Below, one piece after another: positions 46,270-56,349 of a stretch of 64,000 bases of DNA; positions within the stretch are counted from its first letter, which is position 1; each line of letters opens with the position of its first letter. A program made the translations under genes and the position numbers. The stretch is taken from the NCBI GenBank assembly GCA_031291955.1, contig JARLIA010000014.1:666-64665 (forward strand). Reading direction: 5' to 3'. The notes under the pieces are model-generated. The model was not told the origin of the DNA. It made no database searches and worked only from the letters and a program-made list of their open reading frames with translations. The stretch comes from Minisyncoccota bacterium (GTDB lineage: Bacteria; Patescibacteriota; Minisyncoccia; Moranbacterales; UBA2206).

Positions 46270-47309
46270 CAGTCTCGTGTGACACTGTAACACACGATAG
46301 GGGTTGCGCTCGTTTCCTGACTTAACAGAACACCTTACGGCACGAGCTGACGACGACCGTGCAACGCCTGCTATGCACCCTCGAAGGCTTGTACATTTCT
46401 GTACAATGCAGCATAGTTTCAAGCCCTGGTGAGGTTCCTCGCTTGTCGTCGAATTAAACCACATGCTCCACCACTTGTGCGGATCCCCGTCTATTCCTTT
46501 GAGTTTTAAGCTTGCGCTCGTACTTCCCAGGCGGCAGACTTAACGCGTTAGCTACGACACCGAGAGGGTCGATTCTCCCGATACCTAGTCTGCATCGTTT
46601 AGGGTGTGGACTACTGGGGTATCTAATCCCATTCGCTACCCACACTTTCGCGTCTCAGCGTCAGGCGAGCCCCAACCAGATGCCTTCGCCTTTGGTATTC
46701 CGTATGATATCAACGCATTTCACTGCTACACCATACGTTCTACTGGTCTCTTGCTCCCTCTAGCTTTGCCGTTTCAAACGCAGTTTCCGAGTTAAGCTCG
46801 GAGATTTGACGTCTGACTAACAAAGCCGCCTACACGCGCTTTACGCCCAATAAATCCGGATAACGCTTGAGGTCTCTGTATTACCGCTGCTGCTGGCACA
46901 GAGTTAGCAACCTCTTATTCCTATGGTACCATCATTACATTTTTCCCATAGAAAAGAAGTTTACGACCCAAGGGCCTTCATCCTTCACGCGGCGTCGCTC
47001 CATCAGGCTTTCGCCCATTGTGGAATATTCTCGACTGCAGCCACCCGTAGGTGTTTGGGCAGTGTCTCAGTCCCAATGTTGGGGGTCACGCTCTCACGCC
47101 CCCTACCCGTCATAGCCTTGGTAGTCCTTTACACTACCAACAAGCTGATAGGACACAGGCCGCTCCTGAAGCGATAAATCTTTACTCCGTAGAGATTATC
47201 GTGTATTATCTTGGATTTCTCCAAGTTATTCACGACTTCAGGGTACGTTCCTATGCATTACTAACCCGTTTGCCGTGGGCCTAAACCCACTCGACTTGCA
47301 TGCCTTATC

Positions 47310-47349
<40 letters not shown>

Positions 47350-47669
47350 AAAAAAGTTATAAAGAATATAAATTCCTTGATTTTGAATAGACTCTAATTT
47401 GTCTCGAAATAAATCGAGACGAGGACTAATCGCAAAAAATTGTGATTATTTCGTCTCTCTAAATCAAAAGGTAGAGATTTAGAGAAACTATTCACTTGTC
47501 AAAGTTCTTTCCGAGTCTTTCGTTCTGACGAACAAAAAACACATCTTTGTGAGCAACAGTAATTACACACAAAGATGCATCTTTGTTCCACAGTGTTTTT
47601 AAGGGTTGTTTGAGTTATTATTTAACGCCGTTTTTTGACTTAAATAATTATACGCAACTCGTACTGTCT

Positions 47670-47697
47670 ATATTAGCAGACCTGCAAAAACTGTCAA
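47670..47697 (-). promoter_or_regulatory. rRNA promoter
   Basis: TTGACA-N16-TAATAT with TG extension; boxA-like GAACTTTGACAAGTGAA at about 47491-47507. Confidence 0.65.
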
Positions 47698-47963
47698 TAG
47701 CCCGGCCTAGCCTTGACCAAAACCGCGCTTTCCAGCTTGGTTAACCGGGTTTCCATAATCATTTACTACTTTCTTTCTTGTTTTCTTCAATTAATTTCTT
47801 ATCTTTAAGAAATTTCAATATCGGTTTGGCACAGTTGTGGCAAATATCAAAACTCGAATAAAACCCGACCGAAACATTGACTTTGTCTTCGGTTTTACCC
47901 AGAACTTTTTTGCAAATATCGCATTTGGTGATTCTCATAAATCCATTATACCATCCACTGACA

Positions 47964-49247
47964 TCAGGTCAAATCGAGATTTTCAGCTTCGATCTTTAAC
48001 ATATTTTCTTGGCATATTTTGGCGTATTCCCGCGCGCTCGGGCGGATTTTGCGTTCGAGGGTTTTATAATCGATTTCCACCAGTCCGAAACGCGGCCAAA
48101 AACCTTTGTCCCATTCAAAATTGTCCAGCAGCGACCAATGGAAATATCCGCGCACGTCAACACCTTCGGAAATGGCTTTGTGCGTCCACTTCAAATGATC
48201 CTTGATGAACTTATCGCGTTTAGTATCATCGACGTCAGCCAGGCCGTTTTCCGTGATATAGATCGGCAGATTATATTTTTGCAAATTTTTTATGAGATGA
48301 TAAATCCCTTCCGGATAAATTTCCCAGCCCATATCGGTCCGGGTTTTATTTTCATTTGTCTGCTTGAACGGAAATTTTATTTTCTTATGGAAATAATATT
48401 GAACAGCCAAAAAATCCTGATTGCTTCCGACAAGATTCAGAAATTTTTGATTGGAAAAATAGTTTGTAACCTTGACTGATAATTTATCTAATAAATTATG
48501 CTCGTCATTCGGCTCGATATACTGCAATATATTTGAAAAACCCACTTTCCAATCCGAATTTATTTTTTTCATTTCCCGGTAAGCTTGGTTGTGCGCTTTT
48601 GCCAAAATTTTATACACCTTCAAGGCGACAATCGGATTCTTTTTCTGCGGCGGCCAATATCCTGTCGAATAAGCAGCGGCGATGACCGAAGTCGGCTCAT
48701 TGAGAGTGATCCAAAATTTCACGTCCTCTCCGAGTTTTTCCACGACGAATTTCGCGTATCGGGCAAAATAAAAAGCGAATTTGCGATTCTCCGGTCCCCC
48801 TTTTTCCGCCAGCCACAAAGGATTTGTCCAGTGCCAGATGGTCACGAACGGCTCCATCCCACGCGCCAGAACGGCTTTGATCACTTTCCGATAATGTTCA
48901 ATTTCCTGCTCGTCGAATTTTCCCTCCTCCGGTTCAATGCGCGACCATTCAATGGAAAACCGATGGGCGTTGTGGCTAAGTGACTTAGCGATATCAAAGT
49001 CTTCTTCAAAACGATTATAGTAATCGCAAGCGGCGCCGGAAATATAGTTTTCCGGCGTCAGCATTTCCGGAAATTTTTTCACCTGCCAATCGGCGTGTTT
49101 TTTCGGCGCTTCTTCGGCCAACCGTTTAGCATTGGCTTTCTCCCATTCGCTCCAATCATTTTTGTTCCCACCCTCAACCTGATGGGCGGAAGTCGCCGCG
49201 CCCCACAAAAACCCGTCGGGAAATTTTAGCTTTTGTTTTTCCATCAA
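47964..49247 (-). CDS. Glycoside hydrolase family 1
   Basis: FLWGAATSAHQVEG, TLNEP, ITENG and DNFEW motifs. Confidence 0.95.
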   Translation of the reverse strand: MMEKQKLKFPDGFLWGAATSAHQVEGGNKNDWSEWEKANAKRLAEEAPKKHADWQVKKFPEMLTPENYISGAACDYYNRFEEDFDIAKSLSHNAHRFSIEWSRIEPEEGKFDEQEIEHYRKVIKAVLARGMEPFVTIWHWTNPLWLAEKGGPENRKFAFYFARYAKFVVEKLGEDVKFWITLNEPTSVIAAAYSTGYWPPQKKNPIVALKVYKILAKAHNQAYREMKKINSDWKVGFSNILQYIEPNDEHNLLDKLSVKVTNYFSNQKFLNLVGSNQDFLAVQYYFHKKIKFPFKQTNENKTRTDMGWEIYPEGIYHLIKNLQKYNLPIYITENGLADVDDTKRDKFIKDHLKWTHKAISEGVDVRGYFHWSLLDNFEWDKGFWPRFGLVEIDYKTLERKIRPSAREYAKICQENMLKIEAENLDLT

Positions 49248-49936
49248 CTCTTATTTTTTATATATTTTTCCAGTAAGGCTTCCCTGGAAATATGCGCCTT
49301 CCATATTGGTCTGGTTTCATCATCAAAGTCACCAGCAAAGTGCTCTCGTCTAAAATTATCATCAACTTCTCCGTCAATCACAAAACCAAATCGTTCCATC
49401 AATTTCGGATGCTCCGCCACAATCCATGATGTGGCCGTAACTTCTTTAATATTTTCATTATTTCTTACAATTTCCGTTAATTTTCTCATTCCATCTTTTA
49501 ATGCACTTATAAAATTTTCCACTTTTTTGTCAGGAACCATATGAATATGTATATGGCTATCTCCTAAACCATAAGAAAGCAATTCGTTTATCGCAATAAA
49601 TTCTTCGTCCCGCGGTTGCCTAACTCCAAAAGCCTCAGGATTTTCAATTCTATAATCAAGTAGCGGCTTCAATACAAGAAAAACCGAATTTACAAATTGA
49701 TCTTTGTCAGAAATATTTACACAATCAGCCAATTCTCGAAGCATAGCTTCACCATTTTCCAGTAATTTTGCGAGTGGTTGAATATGAGCCTTTATATAAT
49801 TTATTCTATCCAATCCATTCTCGTTATCATTGAATATTTCTTCCAATTTTAACTTGGCTTCTGTATAAACTTCAGGCTCCTTTTCTTCTTTTTCCCCAAT
49901 ATTATCCGCTGGGTTAAATTCAAAATTATTAACCAT
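49244..49936 (-). CDS. Acidic hypothetical protein (possible GNAT-like C-terminus)
   Basis: 230-aa ORF in operon; ATSWIVAEHPKLMERFGF. Confidence 0.65.
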   Translation of the reverse strand: MVNNFEFNPADNIGEKEEKEPEVYTEAKLKLEEIFNDNENGLDRINYIKAHIQPLAKLLENGEAMLRELADCVNISDKDQFVNSVFLVLKPLLDYRIENPEAFGVRQPRDEEFIAINELLSYGLGDSHIHIHMVPDKKVENFISALKDGMRKLTEIVRNNENIKEVTATSWIVAEHPKLMERFGFVIDGEVDDNFRREHFAGDFDDETRPIWKAHISREALLEKYIKNKS

Positions 49937-49945
49937 GAATTCAAT

Positions 49946-51274
49946 TTAATTTCTTTTAGCTATTTTATCCATCCCGCCCGGCATCCATTTTCGTAACACT
50001 TCCGGAATAACGACCGAACCGTCGGCTTGTTGGTAGTTTTCGAGGATTGCAATCAGCGGCCGCACGGTCGGGAGAGCAGTGTTGTTCAAGAGATAGGCGA
50101 ATTTCTTTTCGCCATCGGCAGTTTTATATTTCACGTTCAGTCGCCGCGCTTGCCAATCCAAAAAGTTGGAAGCCGAGCCGGTTTCGCCCCAGCGGTTGAG
50201 GCCGGGCATCCAGGCTTCCAGATCAAACGCCCGGTATTTACCGGCCGGCATATCGCCGGTGCAAATCTGGAGTTTTCGATAGGGTAAGCCCAATTCTTGG
50301 TGCATTTCTTCCGAGATACCGATCATTTCTTCCTGCAGTGCCGTAGAAGCTTCTATGGAAGCTTCTGATACGACCACCTGTTCCACTTTCATAAATTCAT
50401 GGACGCGATAGAGTCCCTTGTTGTCTTTGCCGTAATCACCAATTTCACTGCGATAGCACGGAGAAAAACCGCAAACCTTGATCGGCAATTTTGCTTCGTC
50501 CAAAACTTCATCGGAAAAATACGCCAAGAGCGACGGCTCGGCCGTGCCGACCAGAAATTTTTTCTCTTTCGATTCCGCGCCGTCCATCTCTTTGTCACGC
50601 GTCGCGATCTGATAAATATTGTCCGTGGCGCTGTCATAGTCTGTCCCTTTGAAATAGCCGCTGCCGAAAAGCGCGAACCCCTTGATGAGCGTCGGCGGAA
50701 TGATCGGCGTGTAGCCTTTTTCCACCATTTTATTGATAGCATACATCATCATCGCCATCACCAAAAGCGTGCCTTCGTTTTTGAGATAATAGCCGCGATA
50801 CCCGGAAACTTTCGAGCCTTTTTCAAAATCAATGATATCCAAGTTTTCCGCCAGTTCGATGTGCGTTTTGGGCGTGAAGTCGAACTTGCGAATTTCGCCC
50901 CGCTTGTAAACTTCCACATTCTCGCTGTCGTCTTTGCCGACCGGCGTGTCGTCTGAGGGAATGACCGGCACGCTCACCATCAGTCCGTCGTATTCTTTTT
51001 TTATCTCTTCATACGCCGGCTCGGCCGCGGCCAATTTTTCTTTCACTTTCGTCCCCTGCGTGATCAGTTCTTTCCTTTCGGCGTCGTCTCTCACGGATTT
51101 CATATGCTCATTGAGCTTGTTTTTTTCCGCTTTCAATTCCTCAATCTCTTTCAACGCTTTGACTCTTTTTTCATCCACTTCCAAAAGATTGTCCAGATCC
51201 AAATCAATGTTCTTGTTCTTGATCGCTTCCTTGATCCCTTCCGCGTTCTCGCGAATGTATTTGATGTCCAACAT
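49946..51274 (-). CDS. serS: Serine--tRNA ligase
   Basis: MLDIKYIR, GTAE, YRSE..GLYRVHEF, DWQARR and ENYQ motifs. Confidence 0.97.
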   Translation of the reverse strand: MLDIKYIRENAEGIKEAIKNKNIDLDLDNLLEVDEKRVKALKEIEELKAEKNKLNEHMKSVRDDAERKELITQGTKVKEKLAAAEPAYEEIKKEYDGLMVSVPVIPSDDTPVGKDDSENVEVYKRGEIRKFDFTPKTHIELAENLDIIDFEKGSKVSGYRGYYLKNEGTLLVMAMMMYAINKMVEKGYTPIIPPTLIKGFALFGSGYFKGTDYDSATDNIYQIATRDKEMDGAESKEKKFLVGTAEPSLLAYFSDEVLDEAKLPIKVCGFSPCYRSEIGDYGKDNKGLYRVHEFMKVEQVVVSEASIEASTALQEEMIGISEEMHQELGLPYRKLQICTGDMPAGKYRAFDLEAWMPGLNRWGETGSASNFLDWQARRLNVKYKTADGEKKFAYLLNNTALPTVRPLIAILENYQQADGSVVIPEVLRKWMPGGMDKIAKRN

Positions 51275-51283
51275 ATTATTTTT

Positions 51284-51330
51284 TAAATTGAAAATTGATT
51301 AAATGAAAATTTATTGATCATTGAAAAATT
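51284..51330. repeat. Partial heptamer-palindrome element upstream of serS
   Basis: AAATTGAAAATTGATTAAATGAAAATTTATTGATCATTGAAAAATT matches the right arm of the 581-716 element. Confidence 0.55.
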
Positions 51331-51455
51331 ATTCCCCCAAGGGGAAGCTGACAAACCCCAAATTATGGCTAAATATTCCTTATTCATGGCAAATCCAATA
51401 TACCATAACAGGAAAAATAAAAAAAGGCCGGCGTCATTCCGCCGGCAGCGACCAT

Positions 51456-51662
51456 TTATGATTCCCTCCGCTTTTTCAGTTTATAAATAAGTTCTTCGCC
51501 AACCCCTTGGGCCATTCCGGCGCTGGATGACATATCATAATGATACTCACCAGGTCTCATCTCGACACAAACAGTGCCGTCAGCTTTCCAGTAAATCCCA
51601 AATTCTTCCGAACTGGAATTCATCCTATGCCATCCTTCTTTCGTCTCTTTGCTCCGTTCCAT
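51456..51662 (-). CDS. Small hypothetical protein
   Basis: 68-aa ORF preceded by AAGGAGGGTG SD and followed by a hairpin. Confidence 0.55.
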   Translation of the reverse strand: MERSKETKEGWHRMNSSSEEFGIYWKADGTVCVEMRPGEYHYDMSSSAGMAQGVGEELIYKLKKRRES

Positions 51663-51759
51663 TTTTCACCCTCCTTCGCAAAAATAAAAATTCAGAAAGG
51701 TTTTGAAAAAAGATCAAAAAGGAACTATTATAAAACAAGAAATCGGCTACTTTATTATG

Positions 51760-52782
51760 TTATGACGCCTTCGACAATACCACCACATTCTCCCCGCCGG
51801 TCGTGCCCGAGGTCACTTCCACCATTGCGTCGTCACCAGTCAGACCGGTTTGAATATTGACACGGCGGGTGCTTTTTCCGTCGGCGGAAAGAACTTCAAC
51901 GTATTGCTGATGGCTATTGTTGTCCGTTTTGATAGCGCGTTGGGGCACCATCACCACATTATCTTTCTCGGCCGTATTAATGTCAACATTGGTGCTCATA
52001 CCGACTTTGAGGCGCGGATCGGGTTTGGGAAATTTCAATTTCACGTCATAATAAACCACATCTTGGACAACCGTCGAGGCTGGGTCGACCTCATCCACCA
52101 CGCCGTCCAAGATATCAGTGGCCGGAAAAGCATCCAATGTGACTTGGGCTTTTTGCCCAAGCGCCACATTGATAATATCCGACTCGGGCACTTCCACTTG
52201 AGTTTCCAATTGTCCGTCCGAGGCGATCGTAAAAATGGAAGTGTCACTCGTCATTGCATCAGCCATTGCCATCTCGCCCACCTCAACATTCTTTTTGATG
52301 ATCATGCCGGAAATGGGAGCATAGAGCGTAGCGTATCCGAGCTGGGTCTGAATCTGAGAAACGGACGCTTGACCTTGCTTGATCACGGCTTCTTGCGACT
52401 GCTTGTCGAAATAGCTATAACTCGCGCCTTTTCTTTGCATAGAAGCGAGCGTTTTTTTCTGGGCGGCCAGTTCCTGCTCGGCCTGAACCAATTGACTCGA
52501 CAATATCCCGGTGTCGATGGTCGCCAGCGTCTGTCCTTTGATCACATGGTCGCCAACATCCGCCCGAAGCGAAACAACCCGTCCGCTCATCTTGAAAGCC
52601 ACGTCGGACTGGACCGGCGGAATGATTGTCCCAGTAACGCTAACCGTGCGCGTCAAATTTCCGCGCGTCGCCTGTTCGGTCGTATAAAGCGTCGCCGGCT
52701 TTTTCGACTTGGCGTAATAAACCCCACCGACGATAAGCAGGATTATGCTTATGATAACGTAGGTTTTCTTTTTTCGAAACAT
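51760..52782 (-). CDS. RND/MacA-type periplasmic adaptor (membrane fusion protein)
   Basis: SGRV..L.ADVGDHV.KGQ.LA, LYAPISG, VPESDI..V..GQ and LKVGMS motifs. Confidence 0.9.
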   Translation of the reverse strand: MFRKKKTYVIISIILLIVGGVYYAKSKKPATLYTTEQATRGNLTRTVSVTGTIIPPVQSDVAFKMSGRVVSLRADVGDHVIKGQTLATIDTGILSSQLVQAEQELAAQKKTLASMQRKGASYSYFDKQSQEAVIKQGQASVSQIQTQLGYATLYAPISGMIIKKNVEVGEMAMADAMTSDTSIFTIASDGQLETQVEVPESDIINVALGQKAQVTLDAFPATDILDGVVDEVDPASTVVQDVVYYDVKLKFPKPDPRLKVGMSTNVDINTAEKDNVVMVPQRAIKTDNNSHQQYVEVLSADGKSTRRVNIQTGLTGDDAMVEVTSGTTGGENVVVLSKAS

Positions 52783-52786
52783 AATT

Positions 52787-53218
52787 TTAAAGTAAATTTC
52801 CCTGCTTCTCCCTCGCGTCCAGCGCCTCATTCACCATGGCGTCAGCAACTTTATTCTTTTCTCGCAGTATATGTATCATTCTAACATTTTTAAAGTCCAA
52901 CATCAAATTCCAGATTTCGATGAAATTTTTCTGGATGTATTCCTCCTTGAGTTTGTACTCGTGATTGATCTGCTTTACCACCAATTCAGAGTCAAGATAA
53001 CACTCGACTTCATATTGCTTCGTTTTATCTTTCCCCAAAAGTTGTTTCAGCTTTTTTAGTCCGAAAATCAGAGCCGCGTACTCGGCCACATTATTAGTCG
53101 CCTCGCCGATATATTCGCCGTATTTCTTGTCTAACGTTTCGATATACACTCCGATTCCAGCCGGCCCCGGATTGCCCCGCGAACCGCCGTCACTGAACAT
53201 GATGATTTTTTCCGTCAT
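52787..53218 (-). CDS. rnhA: Ribonuclease HI family protein
   Basis: SDGGSRGNPGPAG, TNNVAEY, DSELVVKQ and REKNKVAD motifs. Confidence 0.92.
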   Translation of the reverse strand: MTEKIIMFSDGGSRGNPGPAGIGVYIETLDKKYGEYIGEATNNVAEYAALIFGLKKLKQLLGKDKTKQYEVECYLDSELVVKQINHEYKLKEEYIQKNFIEIWNLMLDFKNVRMIHILREKNKVADAMVNEALDAREKQGNLL

Positions 53219-53222
53219 AAAT

Positions 53223-53855
53223 TTAGAATATTTTCAACAGCTCCTGAGGCTGTTCCGCCAGATAATCCGGCGTAAATTTTTCCAAAACTTCCTTGGAATT
53301 GAAACCCCAGGAAACAGCCACTGACATCAATCCGTTTTTCTTGGCCGCTTCGATATCGCGCGTTTCATCCCCGACATAGGCCGTCTTGTCTGGAAGAAAA
53401 CCGTGTCGCCGCATAATTTTTTTGAGCGCCCTGGCTTTCCCGAATAAATTATTTTCCGAATAAACAAAGTCAAAAACGTCTATGCCATGAGCCGCTAGAA
53501 AATCCCGAACATTTTTTTCAGCGTTGGAAGTCAGGATTCCTAAGGCATATTTCCGTTCCCTTAACATAACAAGTGTTTCTCTCATTCCCTCAACCGGAGA
53601 AACCTGGGGCAATTTGGCACGAAATAGTTTTTTTCCTTTTCTCACGATAAAAAACAGCTTCCATTTTGGAACACCAAACCTCTGCATAACTTGCCGCGAT
53701 GAAAGGTTTTGAAATAACGGCACGTCTTTCCCAACAACTTTCTCATACTTATAAATATCGGCCATTTCGTTAAAAATTTCCAGCAAAACTAAAAACGAAT
53801 CGGCAATCGTTCCGTCAAAATCAAATATGATTACTTTCCGCCCATCGCCAGCCAT
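53223..53855 (-). CDS. HAD-superfamily hydrolase
   Basis: FDFDGTIADS, LTSN and YVGDETRD motifs. Confidence 0.9.
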   Translation of the reverse strand: MAGDGRKVIIFDFDGTIADSFLVLLEIFNEMADIYKYEKVVGKDVPLFQNLSSRQVMQRFGVPKWKLFFIVRKGKKLFRAKLPQVSPVEGMRETLVMLRERKYALGILTSNAEKNVRDFLAAHGIDVFDFVYSENNLFGKARALKKIMRRHGFLPDKTAYVGDETRDIEAAKKNGLMSVAVSWGFNSKEVLEKFTPDYLAEQPQELLKIF

Positions 53856-53916
53856 AGTCATAACAATTAGCAATATAACAATTTCTCCCTGCTTTGAAGT
53901 TAAAATTTGTCCAGCA

Positions 53917-55671
53917 TCAATCGGCTAATTTCAGATCAATGAGCTTCAACTGCAGCTTTTTATTCCCATTCCACTCATCTTCTTCCAAATTAAAAACTAC
54001 CTCCAGTCTATCATCTTTCTTAAGATCTGGGAATTTTTCCACCAAAGAAAAACCGATGGCGTCGAAAACTTTGGGCGAATTGCCGCCGCCGCGGAGCGAG
54101 ATTTTCCAATGTTTTTGTCCATTGCCGACAATTTTGGCGTCAACAACGACCATATTCCTGACTAGAAAAACCGGCTGAGTGTTTCCGATGCCGAATGGTT
54201 CCATTTTTTTCAAATCGCCGGCCAGTTCCCAGCCGATGTCTTCGGCCGCAATCTCAGCATCAATCTCGATGGCCGACACTGATTCATGCCCGACCAGTTG
54301 TCCCGCCACCAATGCGTCCATTTTTTCGTAAAATTTCTCAGCCTTTTCAAATGTCACGCTGACACCGGCCGCTTGGGAATGCCCGCCGAATTTTATCAGC
54401 AATTCGCGGCACCGTTCCAGGTTCTCAATAATGTTCACTGCCGGAACGCTGCGCAGCGACCCGACCAGCACATTCTCCTGCCGCTGCAAAATAACGGTCG
54501 GTTTTTGGAAAGCCTCCGTGATTTTCCCGGCCACCAATCCTAAAACGCCTACCGGCCAGTGCGCGTTTTCGGCAAAAATGAATTTCTTGTCGCGGAAAGA
54601 ATTGTTGGCCAAAATCTCCACTTCCCGAAAAATTTCGGCGGTAACTTTTTGCCGATCCTGATTATTTCTCTCGAGATCCAAGGCCAGATCCCGGGCTACG
54701 GACGGTTTTTTTTCTATCAGCAATTTGTAGGCCGTATTGGCGTGATCCATCCGGCCGGCCGCATTGATCCGGGGCGCGATTTGAAAAGCCACCTTGTGCG
54801 CGTCGGGAACCTTATTTTCCGAAATATTGATTCGCCCGACCTGAAACAGCTCAACCAGTCCTGCCCGTCGGGTTTTAGCCATAACAACTAGACCGTATTT
54901 GACCAAAAGTCGATTCTCGCCGAGAAGCGGCACGCAATCAGCAATCGTCCCAATCGCCACCAAATCCAGAAGCCATTTCAATTGTTCGATTTTTTCCGGC
55001 GCTTTCATTCTGTAGAGCGCAGTAGCCAGTTTGAAAGCCACTCCGACGCCAGCCAGCTCCTTGAATTCAAATCCGCTGTCCGACACATTGGGATTGATGA
55101 TTGCATAGGCCGCCGGTAAATCTTGCGGCGCGTGATGGTGATCGGTAATAATGATATCCATTCCAAGATTTTTGGCTTTTCCAACTTCCGCGATATTAGT
55201 TATCCCGCAATCAACCGTAACGATTAATTTCACTCCTTGGGCATAAAGATACTTAATGGCTTTTTCGTTCAGACCATAGCCTTCCGTCTGGCGATCGGGG
55301 ATGTAGCACATGGCCTCGCCCAACCCGAGAGAAACCAGCGTCTCAAAAAGGACTGCCGAGGCCGTCACACCGTCCGCGTCGTAGTCGCCAAAAATAGCAA
55401 CCTTCTCTTTTTTCTCGCCGGCCCGGATTATCCTCGCCGCTGCTTTTTCCATGCCGGAAATTGCCAGCGGATCAGCCAGATCATTTTCATAATCAAACCG
55501 GAAGTGTTTTTCAATTTCTTCTTCCCGCGCGATTCCGCGATTGAATAATAATTTCAAAATGACCGGATGATATTTTCCCGCTTCGACTCGACAAGACATC
55601 TCGTCGAATCGAGGCGAGCCGACTGAAATATTTTCAGGATTATTATTTTCGTTTTTTATTTTCCAGTTCAT
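53917..55671 (-). CDS. recJ: ssDNA exonuclease RecJ
   Basis: GDYDADG, TVDCG, TDHH, PRINAAGR and FGGHSQAAG motifs. Confidence 0.97.
   Translation of the reverse strand: MNWKIKNENNNPENISVGSPRFDEMSCRVEAGKYHPVILKLLFNRGIAREEEIEKHFRFDYENDLADPLAISGMEKAAARIIRAGEKKEKVAIFGDYDADGVTASAVLFETLVSLGLGEAMCYIPDRQTEGYGLNEKAIKYLYAQGVKLIVTVDCGITNIAEVGKAKNLGMDIIITDHHHAPQDLPAAYAIINPNVSDSGFEFKELAGVGVAFKLATALYRMKAPEKIEQLKWLLDLVAIGTIADCVPLLGENRLLVKYGLVVMAKTRRAGLVELFQVGRINISENKVPDAHKVAFQIAPRINAAGRMDHANTAYKLLIEKKPSVARDLALDLERNNQDRQKVTAEIFREVEILANNSFRDKKFIFAENAHWPVGVLGLVAGKITEAFQKPTVILQRQENVLVGSLRSVPAVNIIENLERCRELLIKFGGHSQAAGVSVTFEKAEKFYEKMDALVAGQLVGHESVSAIEIDAEIAAEDIGWELAGDLKKMEPFGIGNTQPVFLVRNMVVVDAKIVGNGQKHWKISLRGGGNSPKVFDAIGFSLVEKFPDLKKDDRLEVVFNLEEDEWNGNKKLQLKLIDLKLAD
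55577..55618. repeat. REP-like hairpin in frame within the recJ 5' end
   Basis: 20-nt arms with 16 of 20 Watson-Crick pairs; 42 nt = 14 codons. Confidence 0.7.
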
Positions 55672-55756
55672 TTTCCAAATTAAATTAGGGGTCCAAAACC
55701 CCTAATATAATATTAAAGTTTTATTCGCACCATTCACAATTTGCAGATTCGCATCG

Positions 55757-56320
55757 CTATTGGCATTTAGGGCAAACGAATTTCGCTTTGAATTCGTGCT
55801 TTTCAATGTCAGACACTGTTAAAAACAGGTTCATCTCCGTCTTACATTCCGGACATTGGAAATTGCTCAACTGCAAATCTTCATCCAACTCCGGAGCGTC
55901 AAGTTCGGTCAAACTGAATTTTATCCGATAACCCTTGGCGCTGTTTCCGAGCATCACCCTGACCCGTTCCACCACTTCTCTGGGCGACACCATCCCGCTG
56001 ATGATAAAATCCTTAACCCCCATCTCAATGGCCCGCTTCCGGTCTTCTTCCCGTCCCATGTGGGATGACATCAGAACCGGAACATTGGCCGTAGCCACGT
56101 TTTTAGCCAGCGCTTCTTTCAAAGCAAACCCATCCATCCGCGGCATAATGATCCCGGTGAATATGACATCCGGCACATCCTGCGTCGCCTTATCTAGTCC
56201 GCCTAAACCATCCATCGCTTCAGTAACAACGTATCCTTCCCGCCGAAAAACTTCCGCGTAAGTGGTCCGAATCGCTTCATCGTCGTCAACTAACAGGATT
56301 TTTATTTTTTTATTTTCCAT
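55757..56320 (-). CDS. Atypical response-regulator receiver with C-terminal zinc ribbon
   Basis: ILLVDDD; phosphoacceptor position reads IFTGIIMP; CPEC...CPKC. Confidence 0.85.
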   Translation of the reverse strand: MENKKIKILLVDDDEAIRTTYAEVFRREGYVVTEAMDGLGGLDKATQDVPDVIFTGIIMPRMDGFALKEALAKNVATANVPVLMSSHMGREEDRKRAIEMGVKDFIISGMVSPREVVERVRVMLGNSAKGYRIKFSLTELDAPELDEDLQLSNFQCPECKTEMNLFLTVSDIEKHEFKAKFVCPKCQ

Positions 56321-56349
56321 ATTGACTAAATGTTAACATGTTAATATGC

